Shown here one piece after another: positions 44,952 through 55,153 of a DNA stretch of 64,000 bases. This DNA comes from a virus. Taxonomy: Duplodnaviria > Caudoviricetes. Below the pieces are notes generated by a model. The model worked only from the letters and a program-made list of their open reading frames with translations. It was not told the origin of the DNA and made no database searches. Every line of letters begins with the position of its first letter. Within the stretch, counting starts at the first letter, position 1. The DNA lies in the IMG/VR virus record IMGVR_UViG_3300042274_000144, positions 1 to 64,000 of that record. The stretch is one strand, 5' to 3'. A program made the translations under genes and the position numbers.

Positions 44952-47900
44952 ATGATCTTAGAACGCACATCCACAACCGACATCAAAGGCATATCGCGAC
45001 AGGTAATGAGCGCCCGCAACCTGGGAGATATTACCTCTATACTGCGAAACATTTTCGACCTCAACGGCACGCCTGTTGCCGATCCGCAGGGGTACAAGTC
45101 CGGCAATTCAGATTACGGCTTGCGCGTGCGCGGCGTGAAGGCCCGCGAGCGCATCAACGATGCCGTGCGTGACATTCTGACGCAGGTTGATGATCCGGAA
45201 GAGCTGACAGATGATCAGCGCGACATGCTCTTGCAGTATTCCGGGCGCGGGGGCACCTCAGACAATAGCCAGTATGAATATTACACCCCTACCCATGTTG
45301 CGGAAGGCGTGTGGGACGCCATGCGTGAAAACGGCTTCGTGAATGGCAATGTGCTTGATCCATGTACCGGCTCAGGGATATTCAGCGGCACCAAGCCTGA
45401 AGGCTCCATTATTACCGGCAATGACCTTGACCCGGTGGGTTCCAAGGTTGCGGCCCTGCTCAACCCTGAAGACCAGATCAGCAACACCCCGTTCGAGAAG
45501 ATTGCCGTAGACACGCCGGACAACACCTTTGATGCCGTAGTTGGGAATGTGCCGTTTGGCAACGCACGCGGCAAGTCGGCACACATCGACCGCGCTTACA
45601 AAAAAGAGCGCCTTATCGAGCGGTATTTCCTGCAGCGCGTGCTTGACAAGGTTAAGCCCGGTGGCCTGTGCTGCCTGGTAGTGCCTATCAATATCGTGGG
45701 GCAGACCGGCAAGAAGTGGGAACAGTTCAGAATGGAAGTATCGCGCAAGGCTGAGTTCCTGGGTGCGCACAAACTTCCGTCCAAGACCTTTGGAGCACAA
45801 GGCACCGATACCGTTGTTGACGTTATTGTCTTAAAGAAACACCCGGAGGACTTGCTTGAAAAGATAAACGACCTGGATGCTCAGGTGCTATGGGATGCCA
45901 GTGTCTACTTCAAGGAGTTCATCAAGGGTAAGTATTGGCAGGGCGAAGGGCGGCGCTTCATCATGGGGAAATATACCCCCAAGGTTCCCGGCGACCGCTG
46001 GAGCCGCGAAACCGTGGATGGCGACGTTGACAACGAAGGGTTGAAGCGCAAGCTGGCGCAGAAGTTCAGCTCCCGCATTGCATGGGATGAGCTTGACGCG
46101 GCAGAGCCCCGGCCCATTGCATACGCTGACGGCGACCGACGCATGATCGGCGGCACCATGTACGAGCTTGCCGGTGGGCAGTGGCAGCCGGTAGACGAAA
46201 GGCAAGAGGCTGTTGAGATTTCCCGTGAGGCTTTCGGTGCTGAATCCCTCGAAGAGCTGGAAGGGCTACTGCAGAGTGCAGAGGGGCGGCTTAGCTTGAA
46301 CTTCGAGCAGGCCGACAACATTGCGCAGAACTATCCCGGCACCATGCCCGAAGAGCTTAGGGCTGCACATGAGTTTGCCAGCAGGCAGCCGGAGGAGATG
46401 CGCGGTCAGATCATGCGCGGCACCCTCATTGGCGGTATGATTGCCCGGGCGCAGAACGCCTTTGACCAGGGCGAGGATGTGACGGCTGAGCTTGAGCGTA
46501 TCAAGGCATACATAACTGAGGACATTGAGCGTCACGGCCTGCCATCGAACAACAAAAAGCTGCGGCTTTCCGGCGCTGATGCCAAGATGTACATGCGCTT
46601 CATGTCTGCCGTTGACGCTGAAGGCAATTTCAGCGACTTCCTGAAGGGCGAACGCGAACGAACCGGCAGTGGACAGGCTTACAACACCAATGATCCAGAG
46701 GCTATCGTTTCGCACCTGTTCGTTCGTGAGGACCGAGATTTTGTCGAGCTTGACGATATTGCCGAACGGTACACCGGAGAGCGTGAAATTAAAGACCTTG
46801 GCGACCTGGCCGAGTTCCCGGGCATTGCCGTTGATCCGGTCAGTGGCACCGCACTTCCTATGGATAAGTATTGCGTGGGCGATGCTTACGGTAAAGTGGC
46901 AAAGCTGCAGGAGGCCATTGCTGATACCGATGACCAGCGTCTTAAAGCACGCTTCCAGGAGCAGATAGATGAGCTGATGCGGCGCGTTAATCCGGTAAGC
47001 TCTGAGCGCATCACCTTTGGCTTAAAGCAGCGCTGGTTTAACCCTGAGTACCTTGTTGAGTTCCTGAAGGAGCAAGGATATGAGGGCGTTCAGTATGGCA
47101 AACCGTCTGTGGAGTTCGTGGAGGATTACGCGGGCAACATGCGCGAGCGCGAGACCTTTATCACTCCGTATGATGGCCCGGACGGTGAGTTTCGCGGCCT
47201 GCGCGGGCGCTTCACCGAAGAGCTGCAGAAATACCTCAATGGTGGCAAGATCGGCAACCGCAAGGACGATTCAGACCTGCACCATGAGCGCACGCGGATG
47301 CTTGAAGAACAGTTCAATAGCTGGATGAAACAGCGTGCGGACATTGATGAGATCGTTGCCGAGTACAACCGGCGATTCAACGGCCACATTCCGGCTGAGT
47401 ACAGCGATGAAGACCTGGGTATTGATGAGTACCTGGGCGAGGAAATCAAGCTACACGGATACCAGAACGCTGAAATCAGGCGGCTCTCTGAAGAGGGGCG
47501 CGGCATTTGCGGTTTCAATGTGGGGCTCGGAAAAAGCTTTGTGAGTCTCGGCCTGACAGCCTTTAACCTGAAAAAAGGCAGGTCAAAGCGCACCTGCATT
47601 GTTGTCCCGAAGAACACCCTGGAAAACTGGTATCACGAGGCGCGAGCCATCTATTCCGAGTCCTTCATGCGCTCCAGTGTGCATGTCATCGGCGTGCAGC
47701 CGGTAGCGGGCAAGGGCGGCAAAGTTAAACGTGTGCCTGTCCTCGATGAGCGCGGCGAACCCGTGGTTAAGGGCGGCAAGCAGATTTTCCGCGATGAAAT
47801 AAAGGTTAAGCTAGGTGCCAATGACAAGCTCGATGAGCTGTGGAGCGCACTGCAGTCTAATGCAAAGCTTATCGTTATGCACCGCGACCTGTTTGGACGC

Positions 47901-50900
47901 ATCCCCATCATGGATACCACGGTGGATGAATATGCCGGAAACATGACCATGGACGCGCTCAAGGATAAAAACGGTGTGCCCTTCGGCAAGAAAAAGGGCA
48001 AGTCCTACGATGAGGACAAGCAAAAAGCCAAGCTGGAACAGCGGTTTTCTGACACCGGCACGGAAAAGCGCGACGAATACCCGTACTTTGAGGAGTTCGG
48101 GTTTGACAATGTGATACTTGATGAGGTCCACGACTACCGCAACGCCTTCACCCCTGGGCGCGGCACCGCAGATATGCACTACCTGCCGACCGGCTCCACC
48201 TCCCAGCGGGCGCTGGATATTCACGTAAAGACCGATTACCTGCGGCGCAAGTTCGGCAACCGTGGTGTTATCGGGCTTTCGGCAACCCCCATTGTCAATT
48301 CACCGTTCGAGATTTACAGCCAGCTCTCCATGGTGTGCGACAAGTCAGACTTTGAGCGCATGGGCGTCTACAGCGTGGATCAGTTTGTTGATATTTTCGG
48401 CAAGGTCGAGCAGGTGGATAAGCTGAAGCTTTCGGGCAAGATTGATTCTGGCCCCGGGCTGGTTGGCTTCCAGAACCTCGATGCCTTGCGTGGCATGTTC
48501 AACAAATATGTCAACCTGAAGTCAGCCGAGGACGTGGAGAGCGAGATACACGTACCGGAGGGCAAGCGTCAGCCGGTCGAGGTTGAGCTGTCCGAAGAGC
48601 AGCAGGTAGCTTACGAGGAGTTGCGCGCGCGTGCGGCAAAGTCAGCAGACCCCGCTACCCCGGCAGAGGAAAAAGAGCATGTTTTCAGCCTGATCCGCGA
48701 AATGGACAGGGTGACTACCGACATGGACCTTTACCGTCGCACCATGTCCTTTGTGCTCCCGAGCAAGTACCGCAAGGCGGTTGAAGACCTGGAAAAGAAG
48801 CTGCCGGAAACCTACACCGCCACGGAAAAGGATGAGGAAACGGGCGAAAAGGTCAAGGTGCAGGTATCCTTCACAGCATCGTACCGTGATCATGGCTCAA
48901 CCTTTACGTTTGTGGTTCCGGAAAGCTACGAATCCCTTGTTGTGGCGCATTTTGAGGACTTCGGCATTGTAGAATCAGAGGTGGCGCATCCAATATCCCC
49001 AAAATATGCCGCCATGCTGGATAAGGTGCGCACGGATTATGAGTCTGGCGGTAAAGTGATTATCTTTACCGAGGAAAAGACTCAGCACCGTAAACTGCAA
49101 CGGATCATAACCAATCACCTGGGTGTGCCCGCTAAAGAAATCGGCATTATCAACGCAGCCGAAATCAAGGGCGATGACATGGACAAGATCGGAGCTGCAT
49201 TCAACACCGGCAAGCTGCGCGTAGTGATTGCCAACCGCAAAGCCGAGGTGGGTATCAACCTACAAAAAGGCACCACATCCATTATCCACCTGACGTTGCC
49301 CCTGGTTCCCGCAAGCTTCATCCAGCGCGAAGGCCGGGCAGTGCGACAGGGCAATGTAAACGAAAGCGTGGACATCGTAGAAATCAATGCCAAGGGCTCA
49401 TTCGATGCCTACCGCAAGGACATTCTGCGGGCCAAGTCAAACTGGCTCAACGAGCTGATGACCGGCGAAGATGCCACGGCTAAGAATCAGAACGTTGAGG
49501 ATGTTTCAGAGTTGCTTGAATTGCTGGCCGAGAACCCGGAAGAGGCTAAGCGTATTCATAAGGAGCGCCTGGGAAAGGAGAAAGCCAAGCGTGAAGAGCG
49601 GCGCAAAGCTGACACCATCAACAAGCTGAAGCTGGTTGCCAACGCAGAGAAGGCGCTGGAAAACATGGACAGCACCAAGGAGGCTGAGCGCCAGAAGCTT
49701 GCGGATAAAATTGCACAGGCCAATACCGGCATTGCGCAGGCGAAAAAGCGGCTCGAAAAAGACCCAGACAGCGACACGGCCAAGCGCAAGCTAAAGTTCA
49801 GCGAAAAGCAGCTCAAGGCAAGCACGGAAAAGCTCAACACCATTGATGTGCGCTACAAAGACATGGAAAAGACCCTGCAGCAGCGCATCAAGCAGACCAA
49901 GGGTTATCTGCGGCAAAAACACGAGGCCGGAGAGCTGCCCTTCGATGCGAGTCTGATTGAAAAGACCGACAGCTTTGTTGCTGATGCAAAAGGCAACGTC
50001 TATGCCGAGGGCGATACCTACGAGCTTCACGAGGTCAACCGCTACGGCAACCGCGAAAAACAGTTCGCGGGAGTGCTGAAGGTCAAGGCTGTTCATCCGG
50101 ACAGCAAGGAAATAGAGTTTGATTTTCTGGTAGGCAGCCCGAGCTATGACATGCGCGACCGTGTGCGCGTGGCCTCCCTGGACTCTGGCGGCAAGATACT
50201 GCAGAAGTGCTCTTACTCTGAAAAAGAGTTAGCCCTGAAGCGCCTTGAGGCGAAAGGCGATGTCCAATATGAGAAGCTGCCCGATTTGGGCGTCGACAAG
50301 CAACTGTTTGCTGAATCTTACGACACTATTAAGAGCCGCGTCAGGGGTCCGCTGGTGTACGAGGATAATAACGGCGATGTGCAGATTGGCTACGCCTACG
50401 AAGAACCGGAGTTTGAAGGACGCCTGCTCTATCCCGACATCCAGAATGAGCAGTTCCAGAAGCGCGTTTTCACCCGCTACCTACAGATACGTAGACGCAG
50501 CGATGAGGAGGGGGTGAATCCACCCTTTGAGGTGCGCAACACGCTCCAGAAGCTCTACGGGTACAGCTTCGAAGCCAAGGCCGAGGAGTACGGCGAAAAA
50601 GCCACTGAGCAGCAAATTAGAGAGGCTGTTGCGGACGCCTGGACAGAATATGTGGCGCGAAACGTGGGCGATGATGTTACGATGCACGAATATCTGCAAA
50701 AAGAGTGGTATTCTGCAACCAAAGAGATTGCAGGGCAGGTATCAAGCATTGGCGACAACACGGCTGAGATTAAACGCTTTGTCGATGAGTTTATTTCGAT
50801 AAAGAAGCGGGAGGCACGCGAAGAGCACGAGGCGCAACTTGCAGCCGAACGCAAGAAAGAAGAGGCCGAAGAGCAGGTCCGCATTGAGAAACTTAAAGAA

Positions 50901-51194
50901 AAAGGCGAATATGCAGAAATTCCACAAGAAATTGCTGAAAAGTATAATGGAATTGGGGTAAAACTGTTCGTGAACACTGTCGCCTTTGGCGGCTACGAGC
51001 CTTACTCGCGTTACATGCTTACTGATGAGCGCTTTGGGGGGCTGAGCAAGCAGTTCTTTGCCGGGCGCAAAAACCAGAGCCACAAGGATGAATGGGAGGC
51101 TACCGGAACAAAGCAGTGGCCTGAGCGCGACGGCTTCTGGTGGCATATCCCAACCGACAAAGACCTGAACGCACTTTACGAACTCCTTTCATAA
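44952..51194 (+). CDS. darB: DarB-like N6-adenine methyltransferase / SNF2 helicase fusion
   Basis: YYTP, VLDPCTGSG, GNVPFG; GLGKS, LDEVH, SATP, EVGINL, QREGRAVRQGN. Confidence 0.88.
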   Translation: MILERTSTTDIKGISRQVMSARNLGDITSILRNIFDLNGTPVADPQGYKSGNSDYGLRVRGVKARERINDAVRDILTQVDDPEELTDDQRDMLLQYSGRGGTSDNSQYEYYTPTHVAEGVWDAMRENGFVNGNVLDPCTGSGIFSGTKPEGSIITGNDLDPVGSKVAALLNPEDQISNTPFEKIAVDTPDNTFDAVVGNVPFGNARGKSAHIDRAYKKERLIERYFLQRVLDKVKPGGLCCLVVPINIVGQTGKKWEQFRMEVSRKAEFLGAHKLPSKTFGAQGTDTVVDVIVLKKHPEDLLEKINDLDAQVLWDASVYFKEFIKGKYWQGEGRRFIMGKYTPKVPGDRWSRETVDGDVDNEGLKRKLAQKFSSRIAWDELDAAEPRPIAYADGDRRMIGGTMYELAGGQWQPVDERQEAVEISREAFGAESLEELEGLLQSAEGRLSLNFEQADNIAQNYPGTMPEELRAAHEFASRQPEEMRGQIMRGTLIGGMIARAQNAFDQGEDVTAELERIKAYITEDIERHGLPSNNKKLRLSGADAKMYMRFMSAVDAEGNFSDFLKGERERTGSGQAYNTNDPEAIVSHLFVREDRDFVELDDIAERYTGEREIKDLGDLAEFPGIAVDPVSGTALPMDKYCVGDAYGKVAKLQEAIADTDDQRLKARFQEQIDELMRRVNPVSSERITFGLKQRWFNPEYLVEFLKEQGYEGVQYGKPSVEFVEDYAGNMRERETFITPYDGPDGEFRGLRGRFTEELQKYLNGGKIGNRKDDSDLHHERTRMLEEQFNSWMKQRADIDEIVAEYNRRFNGHIPAEYSDEDLGIDEYLGEEIKLHGYQNAEIRRLSEEGRGICGFNVGLGKSFVSLGLTAFNLKKGRSKRTCIVVPKNTLENWYHEARAIYSESFMRSSVHVIGVQPVAGKGGKVKRVPVLDERGEPVVKGGKQIFRDEIKVKLGANDKLDELWSALQSNAKLIVMHRDLFGRIPIMDTTVDEYAGNMTMDALKDKNGVPFGKKKGKSYDEDKQKAKLEQRFSDTGTEKRDEYPYFEEFGFDNVILDEVHDYRNAFTPGRGTADMHYLPTGSTSQRALDIHVKTDYLRRKFGNRGVIGLSATPIVNSPFEIYSQLSMVCDKSDFERMGVYSVDQFVDIFGKVEQVDKLKLSGKIDSGPGLVGFQNLDALRGMFNKYVNLKSAEDVESEIHVPEGKRQPVEVELSEEQQVAYEELRARAAKSADPATPAEEKEHVFSLIREMDRVTTDMDLYRRTMSFVLPSKYRKAVEDLEKKLPETYTATEKDEETGEKVKVQVSFTASYRDHGSTFTFVVPESYESLVVAHFEDFGIVESEVAHPISPKYAAMLDKVRTDYESGGKVIIFTEEKTQHRKLQRIITNHLGVPAKEIGIINAAEIKGDDMDKIGAAFNTGKLRVVIANRKAEVGINLQKGTTSIIHLTLPLVPASFIQREGRAVRQGNVNESVDIVEINAKGSFDAYRKDILRAKSNWLNELMTGEDATAKNQNVEDVSELLELLAENPEEAKRIHKERLGKEKAKREERRKADTINKLKLVANAEKALENMDSTKEAERQKLADKIAQANTGIAQAKKRLEKDPDSDTAKRKLKFSEKQLKASTEKLNTIDVRYKDMEKTLQQRIKQTKGYLRQKHEAGELPFDASLIEKTDSFVADAKGNVYAEGDTYELHEVNRYGNREKQFAGVLKVKAVHPDSKEIEFDFLVGSPSYDMRDRVRVASLDSGGKILQKCSYSEKELALKRLEAKGDVQYEKLPDLGVDKQLFAESYDTIKSRVRGPLVYEDNNGDVQIGYAYEEPEFEGRLLYPDIQNEQFQKRVFTRYLQIRRRSDEEGVNPPFEVRNTLQKLYGYSFEAKAEEYGEKATEQQIREAVADAWTEYVARNVGDDVTMHEYLQKEWYSATKEIAGQVSSIGDNTAEIKRFVDEFISIKKREAREEHEAQLAAERKKEEAEEQVRIEKLKEKGEYAEIPQEIAEKYNGIGVKLFVNTVAFGGYEPYSRYMLTDERFGGLSKQFFAGRKNQSHKDEWEATGTKQWPERDGFWWHIPTDKDLNALYELLS

Positions 51195-51205
51195 AGAGGT
51201 GAAGC

Positions 51206-51622
51206 GTGAAAAACATCATAAAGCCTGAAAAAGACCAGGTTGAGGAGCTTATTAAGGTTGCCATGAACGGGCTCACCACCACCATCAGGGAGTGGGAAAG
51301 CAACTTTAGCGCCTCGCTGGTCGAGTTCCTGCAAAAGAACCCACTGCGATACAGGGGCTTCGGCCCCTACTGGTGGCTTGTAAAACGGGCGCTTATTGAC
51401 CGAGGGCACCTTGAATTTGGTGACTTTATCGACGCTGAAGTCTATGAGGCATTCGACTACGGCAAGCCATCAATCAATTTGGCCGCAGCTTTTTCATACA
51501 GCGAAGAGAGGTTCAGCCTGGGCAGTATGTACGAAAGCCGCCACGCCATCGAACATGAAGACGGCGATACTACCGAATACGTATTAGTTGATGAAGACAT
51601 GGAGCTGCTTGCGCGGCAGTAA
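51206..51622 (+). CDS. ulx: Ulx-like Dar accessory protein
   Basis: KNPLRYRGFGPYW..K..L..RG...FG...D...Y..P...AA..YS.ERF matches P1 Ulx as recalled. Confidence 0.7.
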   Translation: MKNIIKPEKDQVEELIKVAMNGLTTTIREWESNFSASLVEFLQKNPLRYRGFGPYWWLVKRALIDRGHLEFGDFIDAEVYEAFDYGKPSINLAAAFSYSEERFSLGSMYESRHAIEHEDGDTTEYVLVDEDMELLARQ

Positions 51623-51634
51623 CGGGAGTTTTTC

Positions 51635-53392
51635 ATGGCGAAAGCACGACGCAGCAAGAAAAAAGACGAACCCACGAGCGCAAGCACGCAGGAGATCGGC
51701 AGCAAGGCTCTTGACCTTCTGTTTCCGGCCCGGCGTGATGTAAGCGGATATGAGGAGCGCAGCGTTGACCTTCCCGCAACGGCTGCCGGGTACTTTGACG
51801 GGTTTATCGGCGGTGAGTACCTGGACCCGGTTAAGCAAGTGTTCAATGCCACATCCGAAGAGGATAAGCTTGTTCATACTCTGCCGGTTGAGCGCGTGGC
51901 AAAATATCCGTTCCTAGAGGCAATGAGCAAAGACCCAACGATTGACAGCGGTATCAAAATGCACATTGCCAATGCCCTGTCAGCCACGTCCGACACCGGT
52001 GAAATTCTGAAGATTGAAAGCACCGGCGATGCTGACGATCCTATTGTCAATGACCTGAACGATACGTTTAAGGAGCTTATAAACAAGAACATTCAGGAGT
52101 GGGCTTACACAGCTGCCACATTCGGTGCTGATTACGTGCGCGTGTACGGAGAGCGCGGCGTTGGTGTAACCCATGTGCGCAGCGACTTCTACACACACCC
52201 GCGTTTCATCCGCGAGTTTGAGAGGGCGGGCAGTCTGGCCGGGTTTACCTGCGCTTACCAGCATGGCAACCGCAATATCCGGCTCATGGAACCCTGGACT
52301 TTTGTGGGCTTCAAAATCCCGTACTGGCACCGCGATAACAATGCCGAGCCATACCGTGTTGATGCTTCCCCCATAGACCTTGCAAATGATGACTGGCAGA
52401 GCGAGTCAATAGCTGAAACGCAGCATTACGGCACCAGCCTGATAGAAACATCTTACGGACCGTGGTTCGACCTGATGGAGGCTGTTTTAAGTCTGAACAT
52501 GAGCCGTAAAAACGCTGCCCGGCTCGAACGGCTTATCGGCGTAAACACCGGAAAGCTCGACCCGCAAAAAGCTGCCAGCTACCTTGCATCCATTTCCAGC
52601 AACATCAAGAAGGCCAATAACAAAATGGCCGAGCAGTCGTTGCGCAAGGGTTTCGTGCAGACAGTCCTGAACCATATTATCCCTATTTTCGGGGATAGCC
52701 GGGGGCGCCTGGACATCAATACCGTGCAGGGAACGCCGGACATCCAGGGCATTGAGGATGTAACTTTCCATGTCAAGCGCCTGGGTAGCGCCCTGGGTAT
52801 TGACCCCTCACTGCTGGGCTTCGGTGAGATGCTTTCAGGCGGGCTTGGAGATGGCGGCTTTTTCCGCATGAGCATACTGGCCTCTATTAAGGCTCAGTCT
52901 CTACGTAGGGCCATGAAAACCGGACTTGAGCGCCTTTTCGATATTCACGTTGCCTACAAATACGGCAAGGTGTTTCTGCCGGGACAAAAGCCCTGGCGCA
53001 TAGTATTTAACAGCGTATCCACCGCTCTTGAGCGCGAGGAACGCGAAAACCTGGAAGCAAGGGCGAACCTTGCCCTTTCCATCGGCGGCATAGTGCCGCA
53101 GATCGACCCGGAGATGATGACCACGGACAAGCGCGCGCTTATGAACTACATCTTCACCGACATGCTCAAGATTGAAGAGGAAAAATTCAAGCAGATTTTT
53201 CCGGAGGGACTTGCAGACAAAAAAACTGAAGAGCAAAACGCAGGCGGTGGCATGGGAGGCGGCATGTTCGAGTCTGCCATGCCCGGCAGCGGCAAGGGCA
53301 GTGACGGCCTGACTGAAGAGCAAAAAGCAGAGATATACAACCTGATAAGCGATTTTTACGATGGAGGCGAAAATGAGCAGCAATATCGTTGA
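51635..53392 (+). CDS. Portal protein (P1 Prt-like)
   Basis: DPTIDSG...H...ALS, GID..LLGF..GGLGDGGF; darB-prt-pro order as in P1. Confidence 0.85.
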   Translation: MAKARRSKKKDEPTSASTQEIGSKALDLLFPARRDVSGYEERSVDLPATAAGYFDGFIGGEYLDPVKQVFNATSEEDKLVHTLPVERVAKYPFLEAMSKDPTIDSGIKMHIANALSATSDTGEILKIESTGDADDPIVNDLNDTFKELINKNIQEWAYTAATFGADYVRVYGERGVGVTHVRSDFYTHPRFIREFERAGSLAGFTCAYQHGNRNIRLMEPWTFVGFKIPYWHRDNNAEPYRVDASPIDLANDDWQSESIAETQHYGTSLIETSYGPWFDLMEAVLSLNMSRKNAARLERLIGVNTGKLDPQKAASYLASISSNIKKANNKMAEQSLRKGFVQTVLNHIIPIFGDSRGRLDINTVQGTPDIQGIEDVTFHVKRLGSALGIDPSLLGFGEMLSGGLGDGGFFRMSILASIKAQSLRRAMKTGLERLFDIHVAYKYGKVFLPGQKPWRIVFNSVSTALEREERENLEARANLALSIGGIVPQIDPEMMTTDKRALMNYIFTDMLKIEEEKFKQIFPEGLADKKTEEQNAGGGMGGGMFESAMPGSGKGSDGLTEEQKAEIYNLISDFYDGGENEQQYR

Positions 53393-54356
53393 GTGTAGTT
53401 TCAACCTGTTCAACGAGGGTCGAGAATATACGGGCAATCACCGCAAGTATATCCTTGAAAACGCACAGAAAATATGCAGAGCACCGGCCACTGCTGAGCG
53501 CATTAAACTGCGTGAGGCCCTGGGGTACTACGGGCATGGTCGGCGCATCCTTGCCAAGAAAATGAATCTGAGCGAGGTTGAGGCGGTTGAAATGCCGGAC
53601 GGCAGCAAGGTAATCGTGTCTAACGTGCCATCTAACGTTACCACTGAGTTTGTCGTGGAAAGCGACGGCACAGTGCGGCACAAGCAGGAAATTCTTGACA
53701 CCGAGACCGGGCGTATCGTTGCCGAGCTCAACAAGTCACGCGTGGGTGGCTTCTCCTGGGCTTGTCCGGGCAATGATGGCGGTGCCCTGGGAGCTACACG
53801 CCTGACAGGGTTTTCCGGCTTTGATTATGTGCTGAGCCCTGGCTTTGCCATGAATCGTGGCTACGTGCTTGAATCTGCCGTGGATCAGGACCAGATACTT
53901 GAATCCATCACGGCAGCTACCGGCATGGATGACAAGCGTGCTGAGGACATGCTGCGCGGCTGGGTGGCAAGCTCGCACTTCCGGGCCTGCGAACTTGAGG
54001 AGCGGCTGGAGACTGCAGAGCTTTACGAATCTGCACTTCTGGACAAACTCACCGGAAAAGAGGTTGAACTTAAAGACCTGTCGCGTGAAAAGCAGATTGC
54101 GGCTGAGCAGCTTGAGGCAGAGCGAAAACACCGGAAACAGCTTGTGGACTTCATTGTTGAATCGAGTCCATTCTTTATCCCTGAAGACGTGCAGCACGCT
54201 ATGATGGAAAACGACTTTGACCGCGCACAGGGTATCTTCGAGAGTGCAAAGCGTGTCGATTTCGGCCAGTTCCCGCTCAAACATGGGGATAAAAATCCGG
54301 AGGTTGACGGCAACCTGCCGCGTTACGGCTCACCGTCTGCCGGTTGGGACGTGTAG
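53373..54356 (+). CDS. Prohead protease (P1 Pro-like)
   Basis: GYYGHGRR, HKQEILDT..G, GGFSWA, GFDYV..P; four LE/FE-S motifs in its own C-terminal half. Confidence 0.82.
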   Translation: MSSNIVECSFNLFNEGREYTGNHRKYILENAQKICRAPATAERIKLREALGYYGHGRRILAKKMNLSEVEAVEMPDGSKVIVSNVPSNVTTEFVVESDGTVRHKQEILDTETGRIVAELNKSRVGGFSWACPGNDGGALGATRLTGFSGFDYVLSPGFAMNRGYVLESAVDQDQILESITAATGMDDKRAEDMLRGWVASSHFRACELEERLETAELYESALLDKLTGKEVELKDLSREKQIAAEQLEAERKHRKQLVDFIVESSPFFIPEDVQHAMMENDFDRAQGIFESAKRVDFGQFPLKHGDKNPEVDGNLPRYGSPSAGWDV

Positions 54357-54370
54357 CATAGCGGGAAGGC

Positions 54371-54410
54371 AAAAAAAACGCCCCAGCGGAGGAGGTGAGA
54401 CCGCTGGGGC
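54371..54410 (-). terminator. Intrinsic terminator of the leftward unit
   Basis: 10-bp stem GCCCCAGCGG/CCGCTGGGGC with a T8 tract on the minus strand. Confidence 0.8.
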
Positions 54411-54465
54411 TAAGCAAGAAAAGAACTTATGGCACGATCATAGTGCCACGTTCTTCATGTTAAAA

Positions 54466-54744
54466 TCAAGCCTGATTTAACTTCTCCTTGATCACCTTGG
54501 AAGCACGCAGCACCACGGTTTTTCTCGGCGGCACGTCAATCTCTTCACCGGTTTTAGGGTTGCGGCTCTTGCGGCCCTTGCGTGTTACAGACTGGAGCTT
54601 GCCAACACCCCGCAACATAATATCGTCACCGCGCTTCAGTGCCTCAGCGATCACATCATTTGCAGCGTTCATCACGCGTGCCGTGTCTGCCTTGCTCATT
54701 ACAGCTTCATCTGCAATACGGTCAATCAATTCCTGGTTTTTCAT
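54466..54744 (-). CDS. hup: HU/IHF-family DNA-binding protein
   Basis: MKNQELI...GVGKL...RKGRKSRNPKTGEEI.VP. Confidence 0.92.
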   Translation of the reverse strand: MKNQELIDRIADEAVMSKADTARVMNAANDVIAEALKRGDDIMLRGVGKLQSVTRKGRKSRNPKTGEEIDVPPRKTVVLRASKVIKEKLNQA

Positions 54745-54968
54745 GCAACTTCTCCTTTGAATTTCTGTGTCAATCCTGCCTGTTTAATCCAATGCGCTGC
54801 AACGCGCTCTGCGGACTCCCTTGCTTCACTCAGCGTTTCATACTGCCTCCTGCTTACATACGGAATGCCTGGCAGCCCGGTCAAGACAACGAAACCATCT
54901 TCATTGCCCTGCACCTGAGCCGCCTTCCATTCACCGATTAGCAATGTGTTATTGTCTGTCCAGTGCAT
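54741..54968 (-). CDS. Small hypothetical protein
   Basis: 75 aa, coupled to HU. Confidence 0.55.
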   Translation of the reverse strand: MHWTDNNTLLIGEWKAAQVQGNEDGFVVLTGLPGIPYVSRRQYETLSEARESAERVAAHWIKQAGLTQKFKGEVA

Positions 54969-54980
54969 GCCACCAATGCC

Positions 54981-55152
54981 TTAGTTTAAAACACCTGCCG
55001 CTCTTGCTATTTCCTTAAGCTCATCGTCCGACTTGAAGCAAAGAGCGAAAAAAAGTGTCACCTTCGTCAAACGGTTTTTTTCTCCTCTCCGCTTCAAAGC
55101 GCAGCCTTGAAATCACCTGCCCTACCAGGACTCCTTTTTGCTCAACAGTCAT
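54981..55152 (-). pseudogene. Small phage gene interrupted by one extra base in a T7 tract
   Basis: MTVEQKG...DEGDTFF, frameshift at 55048-55054; removing one T gives ALCFKSDDELKEIARAAGVLN* and fills the gap exactly. Confidence 0.5.
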
Positions 55153-55153
55153 G

